Shown here: positions 39,040 through 49,228 of the stretch, piece after piece
How the letters are laid out: every line of letters starts with the position of its first letter
How positions within the stretch are numbered: the first letter of the stretch is position 1
NCBI GenBank assembly: GCA_016180645.1
Contig: JACPAV010000006.1
Location: 62,001-126,000, forward strand
From: Nitrospirota bacterium
GTDB lineage: Bacteria; JACPQY01
Direction of reading: 5' to 3'
Length of the DNA stretch: 64,000 bases
Translations under genes and position numbers: made by a program
Notes under the pieces: generated by a model
What the model was told of the DNA's origin: nothing
What the model saw: the letters and a program-made list of their open reading frames with translations, nothing else
Database searches by the model: none

Positions 39040-40206
39040 TCACCGCCTTTTGCCATCCCCCTCGGTGGCTGTCTTGATGGCTGTTGGGTCCCCTACCTTC
39101 ACGTCCGAAAGCTTCTCAACAGCCGACTTCATGTGGTCGGGTGAAAAATGTGCATAACGAAGGACCAAACTGAGCGACTTGGGGGAATGACCCAGGAGCT
39201 TCCCGATTTCAGCAAGTGGCACGCCAGCCATGGCCAGGCGACTCGCGAAATCGTGGCGCAGATCGTGAAAATGTACGTCGTCTACTCCCGCCCGCTTCGC
39301 AAGACGTCTGAAAAAATTCGACAAGTAGTGGACGGCCCTGCCGAACCACGCGGGGAAAATGGGGAGCTCCTTGATTTGCCCCGATGGGAGCGTAGTCACA
39401 TTGCCCGCATCCCTTACCTGGACTCTCCGGATCACTCGGAGCCGAAGCCCCCATAGAATTTCGTACACTTCGCTGTTCATCGGTACCTCGTACGTCTTAC
39501 CGCCCTTATTCTCCCGGACCGTGATAGTGCGCTTGTGAAAATCAGCATCGCCCCACCGGAGCGATGTGAGTCCCGTCAGGCGAATCCCCGTGTTCCACGC
39601 GATCCTGATCAGCGGGATGTTCTCCGTGTCACATGCCGATAGCAACTTCGCGCGCTCATCTTCGCTCAGATACCTGACCCGGTCATTGTCCTCCGTGAGG
39701 AAAAGCCCCCGCTTCTTGGGGAATGCGGCGGGGTTCGTCTTGACCCTCGTCTTAGGGTCGATCATCGAACGATAGTAGATAGCCCGGAGAGTCCCGATGT
39801 ATCGATTCACAGTTCCCGGTTCATGTCCCTCTATGAGACGTTGTTTCACGCTCTCAATGTCGTCGGGCGTAATCGTATCGGCGGGCCGATCCCCAAGAAC
39901 CTTCGTCCAAAACTTTACGTGACGTTCAATCGACGGCATGTACTTCCCATTTTTCACCGCGTACTCAACATAAGCCGACGCAATTTTTCGGAATTGAATT
40001 GTTCCTGCTCGCCCGACCGACTCCGGGAAGAATTTTGCTTCCCGCACTTCCGTTTTGCGCTTCCGATAGACCTCAACGGCCAGCCCCCTCGGGCCAACTT
40101 TTTCTCGGTGACGTTTCCCGATCTGGTCATAGAACACTACCCACCACACTCCCGATGCCTTGGGGTACTCGTACACACCCCGCTGTTTCTTCGCCTGCCT
40201 TCCCAT
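39040..40206 (-). CDS. Tyrosine recombinase/integrase
   Basis: TGIR, HFHDLRHDFASRL, LLGH, RYAH; GGAGG before ATG 40206. Confidence 0.95.
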   Translation of the reverse strand: MGRQAKKQRGVYEYPKASGVWWVVFYDQIGKRHREKVGPRGLAVEVYRKRKTEVREAKFFPESVGRAGTIQFRKIASAYVEYAVKNGKYMPSIERHVKFWTKVLGDRPADTITPDDIESVKQRLIEGHEPGTVNRYIGTLRAIYYRSMIDPKTRVKTNPAAFPKKRGLFLTEDNDRVRYLSEDERAKLLSACDTENIPLIRIAWNTGIRLTGLTSLRWGDADFHKRTITVRENKGGKTYEVPMNSEVYEILWGLRLRVIRRVQVRDAGNVTTLPSGQIKELPIFPAWFGRAVHYLSNFFRRLAKRAGVDDVHFHDLRHDFASRLAMAGVPLAEIGKLLGHSPKSLSLVLRYAHFSPDHMKSAVEKLSDVKVGDPTAIKTATEGDGKRR

Positions 40207-40220
40207 CTTCAAACCTCCAA

Positions 40221-40412
40221 TTATTCCTTTCCGCCGATCCGCAAGGCTCCGTCCATGATCTTTTGAATCACCTCCTCCCTGAAGCGAAGAGCACGCCCTA
40301 ATTTCACCACCGCTCCCACCGGGAACTTTTTCAGATAGACCCATTTGTAGACCGTACTAACCTTCAGCCCGAGCTTTTCAGCCAGGTCAGGGGGTCTGAT
40401 GAGTTTCTGCAT
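40221..40412 (-). CDS. Excisionase-like HTH protein
   Basis: 63 aa, DLAEKLGLKVSTVYKWV..KLGRALRF; directly upstream of int. Confidence 0.85.
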   Translation of the reverse strand: MQKLIRPPDLAEKLGLKVSTVYKWVYLKKFPVGAVVKLGRALRFREEVIQKIMDGALRIGGKE

Positions 40413-40417
40413 CGCGC

Positions 40418-40744
40418 CTACCTCCTCCCCTTGTCCTGGGGTGAAACAATCGTGCCATAGAGTCGTGCCGCCAAAACGCCCGCCGCGAGGATCAATCCTC
40501 CGACGGCCGCAGCTTTGGCGATCTCCTTCCCGAAATGCCGCTGGTCCGCCGCCCTTCGGAGCTTGAGGCACTCGCTCTGAAGAATTCCCAGGACCTGCCT
40601 CGCCAGCGGGTCTAGCCGAACTTCCTTGCCTCCCGCAGCTTCCCACCTGAAAATGCTACTCGGGTGAACACCAGCAGCCTTCGCCAGCTGTATCGGCGAC
40701 AGCCCGAGACACTCTCGAAGGTCTTCGATCTCCTGTCCGGTCAT
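40418..40744 (-). CDS. XRE-family HTH regulator with hydrophobic C-terminus
   Basis: LRECLGLSPIQLAKAAGVHPSSIFRWE. Confidence 0.8.
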   Translation of the reverse strand: MTGQEIEDLRECLGLSPIQLAKAAGVHPSSIFRWEAAGGKEVRLDPLARQVLGILQSECLKLRRAADQRHFGKEIAKAAAVGGLILAAGVLAARLYGTIVSPQDKGRR

Positions 40745-40873
40745 ATTTATATAGAGTCTTATATACAATCCTATACAAGTCAAGCGATTTTTCTCCCTCA
40801 GGAGGTGTGCCAATGAGGGTGCTCCGAGAGGTGGACTGCTCAACAGCGGAGTCGTACAATTACCGGAATTGAC

Positions 40874-43567
40874 ATGGTGCAGGGGCTGGGCGACGAACTA
40901 GAGTGGAAGACCCGGAAAAAGCGAATCGATCCGAGGCTGGATGCCTGCGACTGGAGATTACCCACGAAAGGGCAAGTGCCCCTTCGGACGCCGTACCGGA
41001 CCGAGGAATACCCTACAGATAACGGGCCGGCAGATTACGCCCTGCATCTTGACGGGAAAGTTCTTGGGATCGTCGAGGCGAAGAAGGTAACACTCGGTCC
41101 GCAGAACGTTCTGACTCAAGCAGAGCGGTATGCACGCGGGGCCACCAATAACGGGTTCGATTTCAATGGACTGCGTGTACCGTTCCTCTATTCGACCAAC
41201 GGTGAAGTGATCTGGTTCCATGATATCCGACATCCCCTAAACCGGTCCCGTCGCATCGCCGGATTCCACACGCCCGAAGCCCTAAAAGAGCAACTTGGCC
41301 GCGATTTCGACGCCTCCTGCCGATGGTTTACGGAGAATGCGAATGCCCACCCAAGATTGCGCCCCTACCAAGTAGAGGCAAACACCGCCACGGAGCAGGC
41401 CATCGCGAACCGGAAACGCGAAATGCTCGTGGCGATGGCCACGGGCTCCGGCAAGACGTTCACCATGGCGAATCAGATGTATCGATTCATGAAGTCCGGT
41501 GTATCCAAGCGCATTCTTTTCCTGGTGGATCGGCGGGCGCTCGCCGCCCAAGCCGTTCGCACGCTCGCCTCATTCGAACCGGAACCCGGACAGAAGTTCG
41601 ACAAGCTCTACGAGGTTTACAGCCAACGTTTCCACCGCGACGATCTCGACGAAGAGGAGAAATTCGATCCGGAAGTCCTTCCGTCAGACTACCTGCTGAA
41701 GCCCAGCCCCGATCACTCGTTCGTTTACGTCTGCACCATCCAGCGAATGGCGATAAATCTTTTTGGACGGAACGCGATTTTCGGCTCGGGCGACGAGGAA
41801 ATCGACGAGGATGCCGATCACCTCGATATCCCTATCCACGCCTTCGATGTCGTCATCGCCGACGAGTGCCACCGAGGCTACACATCTCAAGAACTTTCGG
41901 TCTGGCGGAACACGCTCGACCACTTCGATGCGATCAAAATCGGCCTCACCGCCACACCCGCCGCGCACACGACGAGCTATTTCAAGGAAGTCGTCTTCCG
42001 ATATGAGTACGAACGAGCCGTCCGGGAGGGCTATCTCGTGGATTACGATCCCGTTGCCGTTCACTCCGATGTGCGGCTGCGCGGCGTGTTCGTCAAAGAA
42101 GGGGAGAAAGTTGAGAGGGTGGATACGGAGACCGGAAACGAGCAACTCGATCTCATGGAGGACGAGAGGCATTTCGACGTGCCGGAGGTGGAACAGCACG
42201 TCACGTCTCCGGATTCCAATCGCAAGATCATTGAAGAACTCAAGAAACACGCCTTGGAGCATGAACAGAAATACGGGCGCTTTCCCAAGACGTTGATCTT
42301 CGCCGCAAACGACCTGCCGCACACCTCCCATGCCAATCAGCTCGTCGACATCTGCCGCCGGGCATTCGAACGGGGCGATGCCTTCGTTCAAAAGATCACG
42401 GGATCGAAGGACGTCGACCGACCTCTCCAGCGCATCCGGGAATTCCGCAACCGTCCCCTTCCGGGTATCGTCGTCTCGGTCGACATGATGTCCACCGGGG
42501 TCGACATCCCCGATCTGGAATTCATCGTTCTCCTTCGGCCCATCAAGTCCCGCATCCTTTTTGAGCAGATGCTGGGCCGGGGCACCCGGAAGGGCGAAAA
42601 ACATCCGGACAAATCCCATTTCACGGTATTCGACTGCTTCGGCGGTTCTCTTTTGGAATACTTCCGGAAGGCCACGGCAATTTCGGCCATCGCGCCGGAA
42701 CGGGTGGCCCGGACCATCGAAGAGGTCATCAATGATGTCTGGAGCAACCGGGACCGCGAGTACAACATCTGTTGCCTGGTGAAGCGGCTTCAACGTATCA
42801 ACAAGGAGATCGCGCCCGAGGGACGTGACAATCTGAAAGTTTTCTTGCCTGATGGCGATCTGGGCCGATACGCTCAAGGACTCCCCCACGCGCTCAATCA
42901 GGATTTCGTTGCCACGATGAAGCTCTTACGCGATCCCGACTTTCAGAAACTCCTGACCGATTTCCCCCGACCGAAACGCGTCTTTTACGTGGCCATCGAG
43001 AGCCAGGACACCGTCAGCTCGGAAGTCCTCATCCGGGATGCGGTTGGAAACGAATGGACGCCGGGGGACTACATCAAGGCCTTCCACGCTTTTGTTCGGG
43101 AGAATCCGGATCAGATCCAGGCGATTGGAATCCTCCTCAACCGACCCCAGGATTGGGGGATGGAGGCGCTCGTCGATCTTCAGAGCAAGCTGGCGGTCAC
43201 CAAACTGCGGTTCACTGTGAAGAACTTGCAGACGGCCTACGGCGCACGCTACAAGAAAGCCCTGGTGGACATCATCTCGATGATCAAGCATGCGGCACGC
43301 GAGGGGGAACCTCTCCTGACCGCCGAGGAGAGGGTTGAGAAGGTGTTCAACATCATCAGGTCGCGCTACGAATTCAGCTACGAACAACAGAATTGGCTCG
43401 CCAGAATCCGCGAGCATCTCGTGGCCAATTTGTCCATCGACCCGAAGGACTTCGACGAGATTCCTGTTCTCTCGCGCGAGGGAGGATGGCAGAAAGCCAG
43501 AGGTGTTTTCGAGAAGGGCCGGCTTCGCCAAATCCTCCAGGATTTCAACCAATCCATCGCCGCATGA
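40874..43567 (+). CDS. hsdR: Type I restriction enzyme R subunit (EcoEI/EcoAI-like)
   Basis: ADY..IVEAKK nuclease motif, MATGSGKT, DECHRG, QMLGRGTR. Confidence 0.95.
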   Translation: MVQGLGDELEWKTRKKRIDPRLDACDWRLPTKGQVPLRTPYRTEEYPTDNGPADYALHLDGKVLGIVEAKKVTLGPQNVLTQAERYARGATNNGFDFNGLRVPFLYSTNGEVIWFHDIRHPLNRSRRIAGFHTPEALKEQLGRDFDASCRWFTENANAHPRLRPYQVEANTATEQAIANRKREMLVAMATGSGKTFTMANQMYRFMKSGVSKRILFLVDRRALAAQAVRTLASFEPEPGQKFDKLYEVYSQRFHRDDLDEEEKFDPEVLPSDYLLKPSPDHSFVYVCTIQRMAINLFGRNAIFGSGDEEIDEDADHLDIPIHAFDVVIADECHRGYTSQELSVWRNTLDHFDAIKIGLTATPAAHTTSYFKEVVFRYEYERAVREGYLVDYDPVAVHSDVRLRGVFVKEGEKVERVDTETGNEQLDLMEDERHFDVPEVEQHVTSPDSNRKIIEELKKHALEHEQKYGRFPKTLIFAANDLPHTSHANQLVDICRRAFERGDAFVQKITGSKDVDRPLQRIREFRNRPLPGIVVSVDMMSTGVDIPDLEFIVLLRPIKSRILFEQMLGRGTRKGEKHPDKSHFTVFDCFGGSLLEYFRKATAISAIAPERVARTIEEVINDVWSNRDREYNICCLVKRLQRINKEIAPEGRDNLKVFLPDGDLGRYAQGLPHALNQDFVATMKLLRDPDFQKLLTDFPRPKRVFYVAIESQDTVSSEVLIRDAVGNEWTPGDYIKAFHAFVRENPDQIQAIGILLNRPQDWGMEALVDLQSKLAVTKLRFTVKNLQTAYGARYKKALVDIISMIKHAAREGEPLLTAEERVEKVFNIIRSRYEFSYEQQNWLARIREHLVANLSIDPKDFDEIPVLSREGGWQKARGVFEKGRLRQILQDFNQSIAA

Positions 43568-45003
43568 GTGACGTCGTCCAAAAACTTTGGGGCTTTTGCC
43601 ACACCCTCCGTCACGACGGCATCAGCTACGGCGACTACATCGAACAAATCACCTATCTGCTCTTTCTGAAAATGGCCGACGAGAAGGACGTGAGAATTCC
43701 CAAAGCGTGCGCGTGGCCCGAACTTCGTGCCCAATCGGGCAGCGACCTTCTCGACGGCTACGTGGATATTCTCCGAAAGCTTGGGAAGGAGAAAGGCATC
43801 CTCGGTGATATCTACTCCTCCGCGCAGTCGCGGTTCCGGAATCCCGTCAATCTCAAGAAATTGATCAGTTTGATCGATGAGACGGAATGGACGGCGCTCG
43901 GCGTGGACGTGAAGGCCGAAGCCTACGAGGGCCTCCTGGAAAAAGCGGCCAGCGAGGGCAAGAAAGGAGCGGGGCAATACTTCACCCCGCGCATTCTGAT
44001 CCAGTCGATTGTCCGTTGCATGAAACCCGATCCGAGGAAACACGCCGAGTTCACTATTTGCGATCCCGGCTGCGGAACGGGTGGATTTCTCGTGGCGGCG
44101 TATGAATGGCTTGTCGGTCGAACAAAGGGCGGCGCGCTGGATCGCGAGATCGCAAAGCGAATTAGGGCGAAAACCTATTTCGGCCAGGACCTCGATCCCC
44201 AGCCGCGCCGTCTTGCCCTGATGAATCTCTATCTCCACGGTTTGGAGGCGGTCATCGCGCTGGGCGACTCAATCTACGAGCCACCGGGAAGTGAGAAGTT
44301 CGATGTTGTCCTGACGAATCCACCTTTCGGGACGCGAGGCGCGAACCAAGCGCCGGACCGGGAAGATTTCACCGTGGCCACGTCGAATAAACAGCTCAAT
44401 TTCGTCCAGCACGTCCTCACCATTCTGAAGCCCGGCGGTCGGGCGGCGATTGTGTTGCCGGACAATTGCTTGTTCGAGGATCAGGCCGGAGAGGTGATGA
44501 AAATACTCACCGAGGATTGCGATCTCCATACGGTATTACGCTTGCCGCGTGGGACCTTCACCCCCTACAGCCAGGGCGTGAAGGCAAATGTTGTGTTTTT
44601 CACCAAGGGATACGCGACGGAGACGGTATGGATTTACGACGCCCGAACGAACGTGCCGGGGATCACCAAGAAAGATCGCCCGCTCGCGCCGAAGCACTTC
44701 GAGGGATTCGAGAAGTGCTATGGCTCCGATCCGAATGGCCGTGGAAAACGGAATCCGACGGACTCGAAGGAGGATCGTTGGCGGAGCTTCCATATTTCAG
44801 ATGTCAAAACCCACGATTTCAAGCTGGACAGCTTCAAATGGCTCAAGGAAGACTCCCTTGAGGACGCCGATGACCTCCCGGACCCAGAGGAACTCGTAGC
44901 CGACGCCGTTTCCGAACTCAATGCCGCCATGAAGGATTTGAACAAGATCATGGCGTATCTTGAGAATGGAGAAGCGGTACCAAACAAACCGAAGGGGACA
45001 TGA
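43564..45003 (+). CDS. hsdM: Type I DNA methyltransferase M subunit
   Basis: GQYFTPR, DPGCGTGGF, NPPF; ATGA overlap with hsdR. Confidence 0.96.
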   Translation: MSDVVQKLWGFCHTLRHDGISYGDYIEQITYLLFLKMADEKDVRIPKACAWPELRAQSGSDLLDGYVDILRKLGKEKGILGDIYSSAQSRFRNPVNLKKLISLIDETEWTALGVDVKAEAYEGLLEKAASEGKKGAGQYFTPRILIQSIVRCMKPDPRKHAEFTICDPGCGTGGFLVAAYEWLVGRTKGGALDREIAKRIRAKTYFGQDLDPQPRRLALMNLYLHGLEAVIALGDSIYEPPGSEKFDVVLTNPPFGTRGANQAPDREDFTVATSNKQLNFVQHVLTILKPGGRAAIVLPDNCLFEDQAGEVMKILTEDCDLHTVLRLPRGTFTPYSQGVKANVVFFTKGYATETVWIYDARTNVPGITKKDRPLAPKHFEGFEKCYGSDPNGRGKRNPTDSKEDRWRSFHISDVKTHDFKLDSFKWLKEDSLEDADDLPDPEELVADAVSELNAAMKDLNKIMAYLENGEAVPNKPKGT

Positions 45004-46376
45004 TAGTTACAGCACCCAACTCGGCGACCGGCACTCCTTCGGCTCCGAGTCACTCTGAACTCCCCGAACGGTGGACAATTGCCAAGCTTCTGGAGGTTTG
45101 CGAGCTGAATCCGAAGAAGCCGGCGAGGAACGCCCTGCCGAAAACCGCTCCAGTATCATTCGTGCCAATGGCGGCGGTAGACGAGAAGGAGGGCGCGATT
45201 CGTATAGTCCATGAGCGGGCATTCGCAAGCGTAAGGAATGGGTACACTGCCTTTCGTGAAGGCGACGTATTGATGGCAAAAATCACCCCGTGTATGGAGA
45301 ATGGCAAAGCGGCTGTTGCCCGAGGCTTGAAGAATGGGATCGGTTTCGGATCAAGCGAATTCCATGTTCTCCGTCCGTCCCCGCAGGTGTTGCCTGAGTT
45401 CATCTTTCACTTCATTCGGCAAGAATCGTTCAGAAGGCGCGCCGAAAATGAAATGACGGGTTCAGTGGGGCAAGAAAGGGTACCAACGGAATTCTTCGAC
45501 GATGTCGAGATTCCGTTTGCGCGCATATCAGACCAGAAGCGGCTTGTGGCGGTCGTTGAAACCCTGCTCGCCCAAGCCCATTCCGCCCGCGAACGTTTGG
45601 CGCGGGTGCGTGGAATAATGAAGCGCTTCCGTCAGTCCGTCCTCGCCGCCGCCTGCTCCGGCCGCCTCACCGCCGACTGGCGGGAGGAGGAGGCCGTGGC
45701 TTCAGAGATCGCTGACGAGCCTTGGCAATTCGAAAGCATCGCTTCTGTGTGCTCAGAGGTTGTCGACTGCCCACACTCAACTCCAAAGTGGGCCGACAGG
45801 GGCGAGATCTGTCTAAGAACCACAAATTTCACCATTGATGGGTTGGATCTTTCGACCGTACGGTACGTTTCGCGTGAGACCTACAGTCAGCGGGTGATCC
45901 GGCTAGAGCCGAGGCAGGACGACATTGTGTATAGCCGAGAAGGAGGAATCCTCGGAATAGCATGTATCATTCCAGCGGGCCTTCGCGCGTGCCTGGGTCA
46001 GCGGATGATGCTTATGCGTTGCAACCAGAAGACAATTCGGGCCAATTTTCTTTGCCATGTACTGAACTCCCCTCAGATGATGCATCGCGTAGTAGAACTC
46101 ACCGGCGGGAGCGCTTCTCCGCATCTCAATGTAGGGGTCATTAAGAGGTTTCCAGTTCCATCTCCTCGACTAGAAGAGCAGGATGAAATTCTCCGTCGCG
46201 TCGAGTCCCTTTTCAGGCTCGCGGACAAAATCGAGGAGCGCGTTTCCACCGCCGCCGCCCGCGCCGACAAACTCACCCAATCCATCCTCGCCAAAGCCTT
46301 CCGCGGCGAACTTTTCCTCACGCATGCTGATTCAACCCATTGCGAACCGACCTCCGGACATGCAATTAAACGATGA
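45000..46376 (+). CDS. hsdS: Type I specificity subunit
   Basis: ELPERW, KITPCMENGK, two TRDs, QSILAKAFRGEL. Confidence 0.95.
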   Translation: MIVTAPNSATGTPSAPSHSELPERWTIAKLLEVCELNPKKPARNALPKTAPVSFVPMAAVDEKEGAIRIVHERAFASVRNGYTAFREGDVLMAKITPCMENGKAAVARGLKNGIGFGSSEFHVLRPSPQVLPEFIFHFIRQESFRRRAENEMTGSVGQERVPTEFFDDVEIPFARISDQKRLVAVVETLLAQAHSARERLARVRGIMKRFRQSVLAAACSGRLTADWREEEAVASEIADEPWQFESIASVCSEVVDCPHSTPKWADRGEICLRTTNFTIDGLDLSTVRYVSRETYSQRVIRLEPRQDDIVYSREGGILGIACIIPAGLRACLGQRMMLMRCNQKTIRANFLCHVLNSPQMMHRVVELTGGSASPHLNVGVIKRFPVPSPRLEEQDEILRRVESLFRLADKIEERVSTAAARADKLTQSILAKAFRGELFLTHADSTHCEPTSGHAIKR

Positions 46377-46382
46377 GGCAGA

Positions 46383-47504
46383 TCACGCAGCCGAATTGGT
46401 GCTTTGGGAAAGGACCTGGCGACAAAGATCGGAAAATGTCTTATAGATTGTCACTCCGTTCGCGGATCGGCCGCGGAAGAACTTCTTCATCTTTTTCTGG
46501 ACGCAATCGGAAGGATCCACCACCACGATTCTACGGTACTTTGTATTCTTATCATTCATCGCCTTTGAGAGAATTGCCCGAAGATGGAAATCGGTTGAGA
46601 TGAGGGAACATCCGATGATTACAATCTGATCTGCGTCCTTTGCGGCTCCGTATGTAGCTATCCATAGCTTCCGCCAGAATTGGTTCCTAAAGAATTTCGA
46701 ATAGAGCGGCGGAACAAAGAGGCGTACCAATCGTTGCGCCTTCCTTTCATTTACCATTGGGAGTGCAGTCATTCGGATCTCAGAAACAGGGCGACGTTCA
46801 AGCACTTCTTCGAGATTCTTGGAGTTCCCTTTAGCGAACCAGTTAAGTGACCCGTGGGGCTTGAGAAGCCGCACACTTATGAGATGCACTTGCTGGCCAT
46901 ACTGGGGGACTGAGATTTCACTGCTTAGTCTTGCGGAAAAGCCGTACCCTTTTCGAGGATTCCAGCCCGCCGTAAATAACGCGTTGTCTACAAGCGTGTC
47001 ATAGTTGAGGGAGACGATCACATCATGCGGTTGTAGCGAACGTGCGAGAAGATCGTGATGTTGAATGCCATCCCGAGGACGACAAGTCTTTTGAACAAAA
47101 CGGAACAAGTGGATCAACAGATTGAGAAAATCTCTAATTTCGGGCCTGTACCCTACCGATGTTTTTCTGCCTCTCCCCTTATGAAAGATTTCCGGCAGAT
47201 CTTTGGAGATAAAGAGGATGCTAAAGACTTCCTCCATGGTCGGTTGGCGGAAGCCTTTCGGTCCGACCTCGTGGTTCACGAAATCAGCAAGCCGGTCGTA
47301 GGCGGCTCTATGCGTTTGGCCGTCATTCGTCCGAATGTATTTTCTGAGCACTTCAAAGAAATCGCCATTAAGGGGGGCAGTTACCCGAGGGGAATGCGTC
47401 CCTCTAAGTGCACCTTTCGTCGCGCCGGCGCCAAGGACGATCAACGTCTTTGAGTTGCGACCATTGATGATCACTGCAACTCCCTCACCCGTCCGAAACC
47501 ACAA
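46383..47504 (-). CDS. SIR2-like (SIR2_2) domain protein, putative NADase defence effector
   Basis: VLGAGAT, SLNYDTLVD, KPHGSLNW, VPP, IIGCSL..D; start uncertain. Confidence 0.85.
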   Translation of the reverse strand: MWFRTGEGVAVIINGRNSKTLIVLGAGATKGALRGTHSPRVTAPLNGDFFEVLRKYIRTNDGQTHRAAYDRLADFVNHEVGPKGFRQPTMEEVFSILFISKDLPEIFHKGRGRKTSVGYRPEIRDFLNLLIHLFRFVQKTCRPRDGIQHHDLLARSLQPHDVIVSLNYDTLVDNALFTAGWNPRKGYGFSARLSSEISVPQYGQQVHLISVRLLKPHGSLNWFAKGNSKNLEEVLERRPVSEIRMTALPMVNERKAQRLVRLFVPPLYSKFFRNQFWRKLWIATYGAAKDADQIVIIGCSLISTDFHLRAILSKAMNDKNTKYRRIVVVDPSDCVQKKMKKFFRGRSANGVTIYKTFSDLCRQVLSQSTNSAA

Positions 47505-47543
47505 GACGGCGTAAGCGCAACCGCATCATGAACAGCCAGCGGC

Positions 47544-47741
47544 TTACCTTCTGCGCCCAACCTTAGTGCGCCGCCCAGCGTATTTCCTAGGATTGAGAAT
47601 CTGCGAGAGACGTCCTTGCGAAATCCCCATAGCGCTGGAAATCTCCGGATTGGGAATCTCGGCCTTCCTCAGAAGTAAGACCAGAAGCCGGGACATCGTC
47701 CGAAGTTCCTTCAGGATGAGTTGAGCTATTTCGTCATTCAT
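47544..47741 (-). CDS. Small HTH protein (3 of 3)
   Basis: 65 aa; EISSAMGISQGRLSQIL; basic tail. Confidence 0.7.
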   Translation of the reverse strand: MNDEIAQLILKELRTMSRLLVLLLRKAEIPNPEISSAMGISQGRLSQILNPRKYAGRRTKVGRRR

Positions 47742-47755
47742 TCTTCCCCCCGTTG

Positions 47756-47992
47756 TTAGGAATTCCTTCGGGGAAGCTTGGCGATCCCCCTCTTGCGTAG
47801 ATTCGCCAAGGCCACATTGACGGTATTAGAAGTCGTGTTGAGGGCTTTGGCGATCTCTGTGGGCCGCATGCCAGCAAGGCTTAGAAGCCGGATTTGTTCA
47901 GACTGAGTTTTCCCCTCCGTCATCCGTAGAACCATCAACGTAAGAATCCCATTCAGCTTTGATACGATCGATTGGGCTAATTGCTGTTCCAT
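47756..47992 (-). CDS. Small HTH protein (2 of 3)
   Basis: 78 aa; GMRPTEIAKALNTTSNTVNVALANLRK. Confidence 0.75.
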   Translation of the reverse strand: MEQQLAQSIVSKLNGILTLMVLRMTEGKTQSEQIRLLSLAGMRPTEIAKALNTTSNTVNVALANLRKRGIAKLPRRNS

Positions 47993-47995
47993 TAG

Positions 47996-48223
47996 CTAGA
48001 TCCTCCTCTTCGATTTCGCTTGTGCTATGGTTGCCGTAACGAAGTTAATTGGCTTCCCTACAATTCGAGCAATCTCTGAAGGGCTTGCTCCCATTGCAAG
48101 CAGTCTTCGGATCTTCTGCGCTGCGCTGGCGATTTCATCAAAATCGACCTGGTCAAGCAGAAGAGCCGTGATGAGGTCGAGCCGTCTTGCAATTCCCTCA
48201 AGAATGTCATCTTTTCGTTTCAT
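47996..48223 (-). CDS. Small HTH protein (1 of 3)
   Basis: 75 aa; GASPSEIARIVGKPINFV; AAGGAGG RBS. Confidence 0.75.
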   Translation of the reverse strand: MKRKDDILEGIARRLDLITALLLDQVDFDEIASAAQKIRRLLAMGASPSEIARIVGKPINFVTATIAQAKSKRRI

Positions 48224-48244
48224 AGCTACCTCCTTGTGTTACTA

Positions 48245-48273
48245 AGCATAATATCTAGCTAAGAGGCTGTCAA
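48245..48273 (-). promoter_or_regulatory. Sigma70 promoter of the HTH-trio/SIR2 unit
   Basis: TTGACA(48273-48268)-17 bp-TATGCT(48250-48245). Confidence 0.75.
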
Positions 48274-48889
48274 TAGGCAATACTCCAGTCATTAGTTAGG
48301 CTATGAATGTTCGGAGGCGTTACACTTTATTACGGTCAATCAAGGGTTACCGGCGAAGGTCATCCATCCGGTCCCGCAGGCAGGTGAGGAGCCGGATCAG
48401 GGCCTCCGGGCTCATGTCTCCCCCATCCCCGAACGGAAGTCTCCGATTGGCGCTCCGCCGCCGGCTCACGGGAACCCTGCGGCAGAAGACCTTCGGAGAG
48501 GGCCGATCCCGGCGCTTTGAGGCGGTTTCCGGTCGACGACACCCATTTCCGTTTCAGCGCTCAGGACGATAGGATCCTTTCTCCATTCCTCTTCATCCTT
48601 GAGCTTCTCAAGCCCCCACCGCCGTCCCCGGTCGATAGGCTTCCTCCCGTCGTCGCTCAGGCCGCTGAACAGCCGCCAAGCCGTCTCCTGAACCAAGTCC
48701 TGCGCACGGACCACGTAATCCCGCGCCCAGTACCAAGGAACATCGCGGTGCTTGAGGAGATCGATCCATTTCCCAAGGGAAGTAGGCTGCCGGCGCAGGG
48801 TTTGAAGGCTCTCCATCTCGGACCAAGGATCGAAGGATGGGGCCGATGGCTTCGACCGCCTCCCTCCGATCCGGCCTTTCGTTGCACGT

Positions 48890-49213
48890 CTACCCACGGC
48901 GGGTGAGCACCTCGAAATCATGCGCGGTGATCCGGTGCGTCGGCTGGACGAACCAGGCCCATGGACGCTCCGGATCGTGGTCGCGGAAAACATCGAGCCT
49001 CGCGCGGAGGCGCACATCGAGGGCGACCGGACTGTCGATGTAAAGGGCGACGTCCGCGAGCCTGACGAGCCAGGGGTACTTCTCAGGCACCTCCACGGGA
49101 GCCTTGAGTCCTTTTTCCACCGCCGACGCAAGCCGCGCATGGCCGACAGTGCCCTTGGAGGCGGCGTAGAAGCAGATAGAGTCCCCAGCCTTGGCCGACT
49201 TCCGGGCCGCACT
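48890..49213 (-). pseudogene. Orphan copy of the C-terminal (EVE-like) domain of 50486-51628
   Basis: GDSICFYAASKGTVGHARLAS..PEKYPW..WAWF..ITAHDFEVLTRRG* versus NDQICFYACGVGAVAHARIAS..PEKYPW..WGWF..ISPKDFEILTSRG*; TAG at 49216-49214 upstream. Confidence 0.8.
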
Positions 49214-49228
49214 CTAGTCCCACGAACC

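Noticed and set aside
48466-49212. 248-aa ORF as a real gene
   Set aside because: Its first half is an off-frame reading of the EVE-like remnant; the rest has no recognisable motif or clear start.
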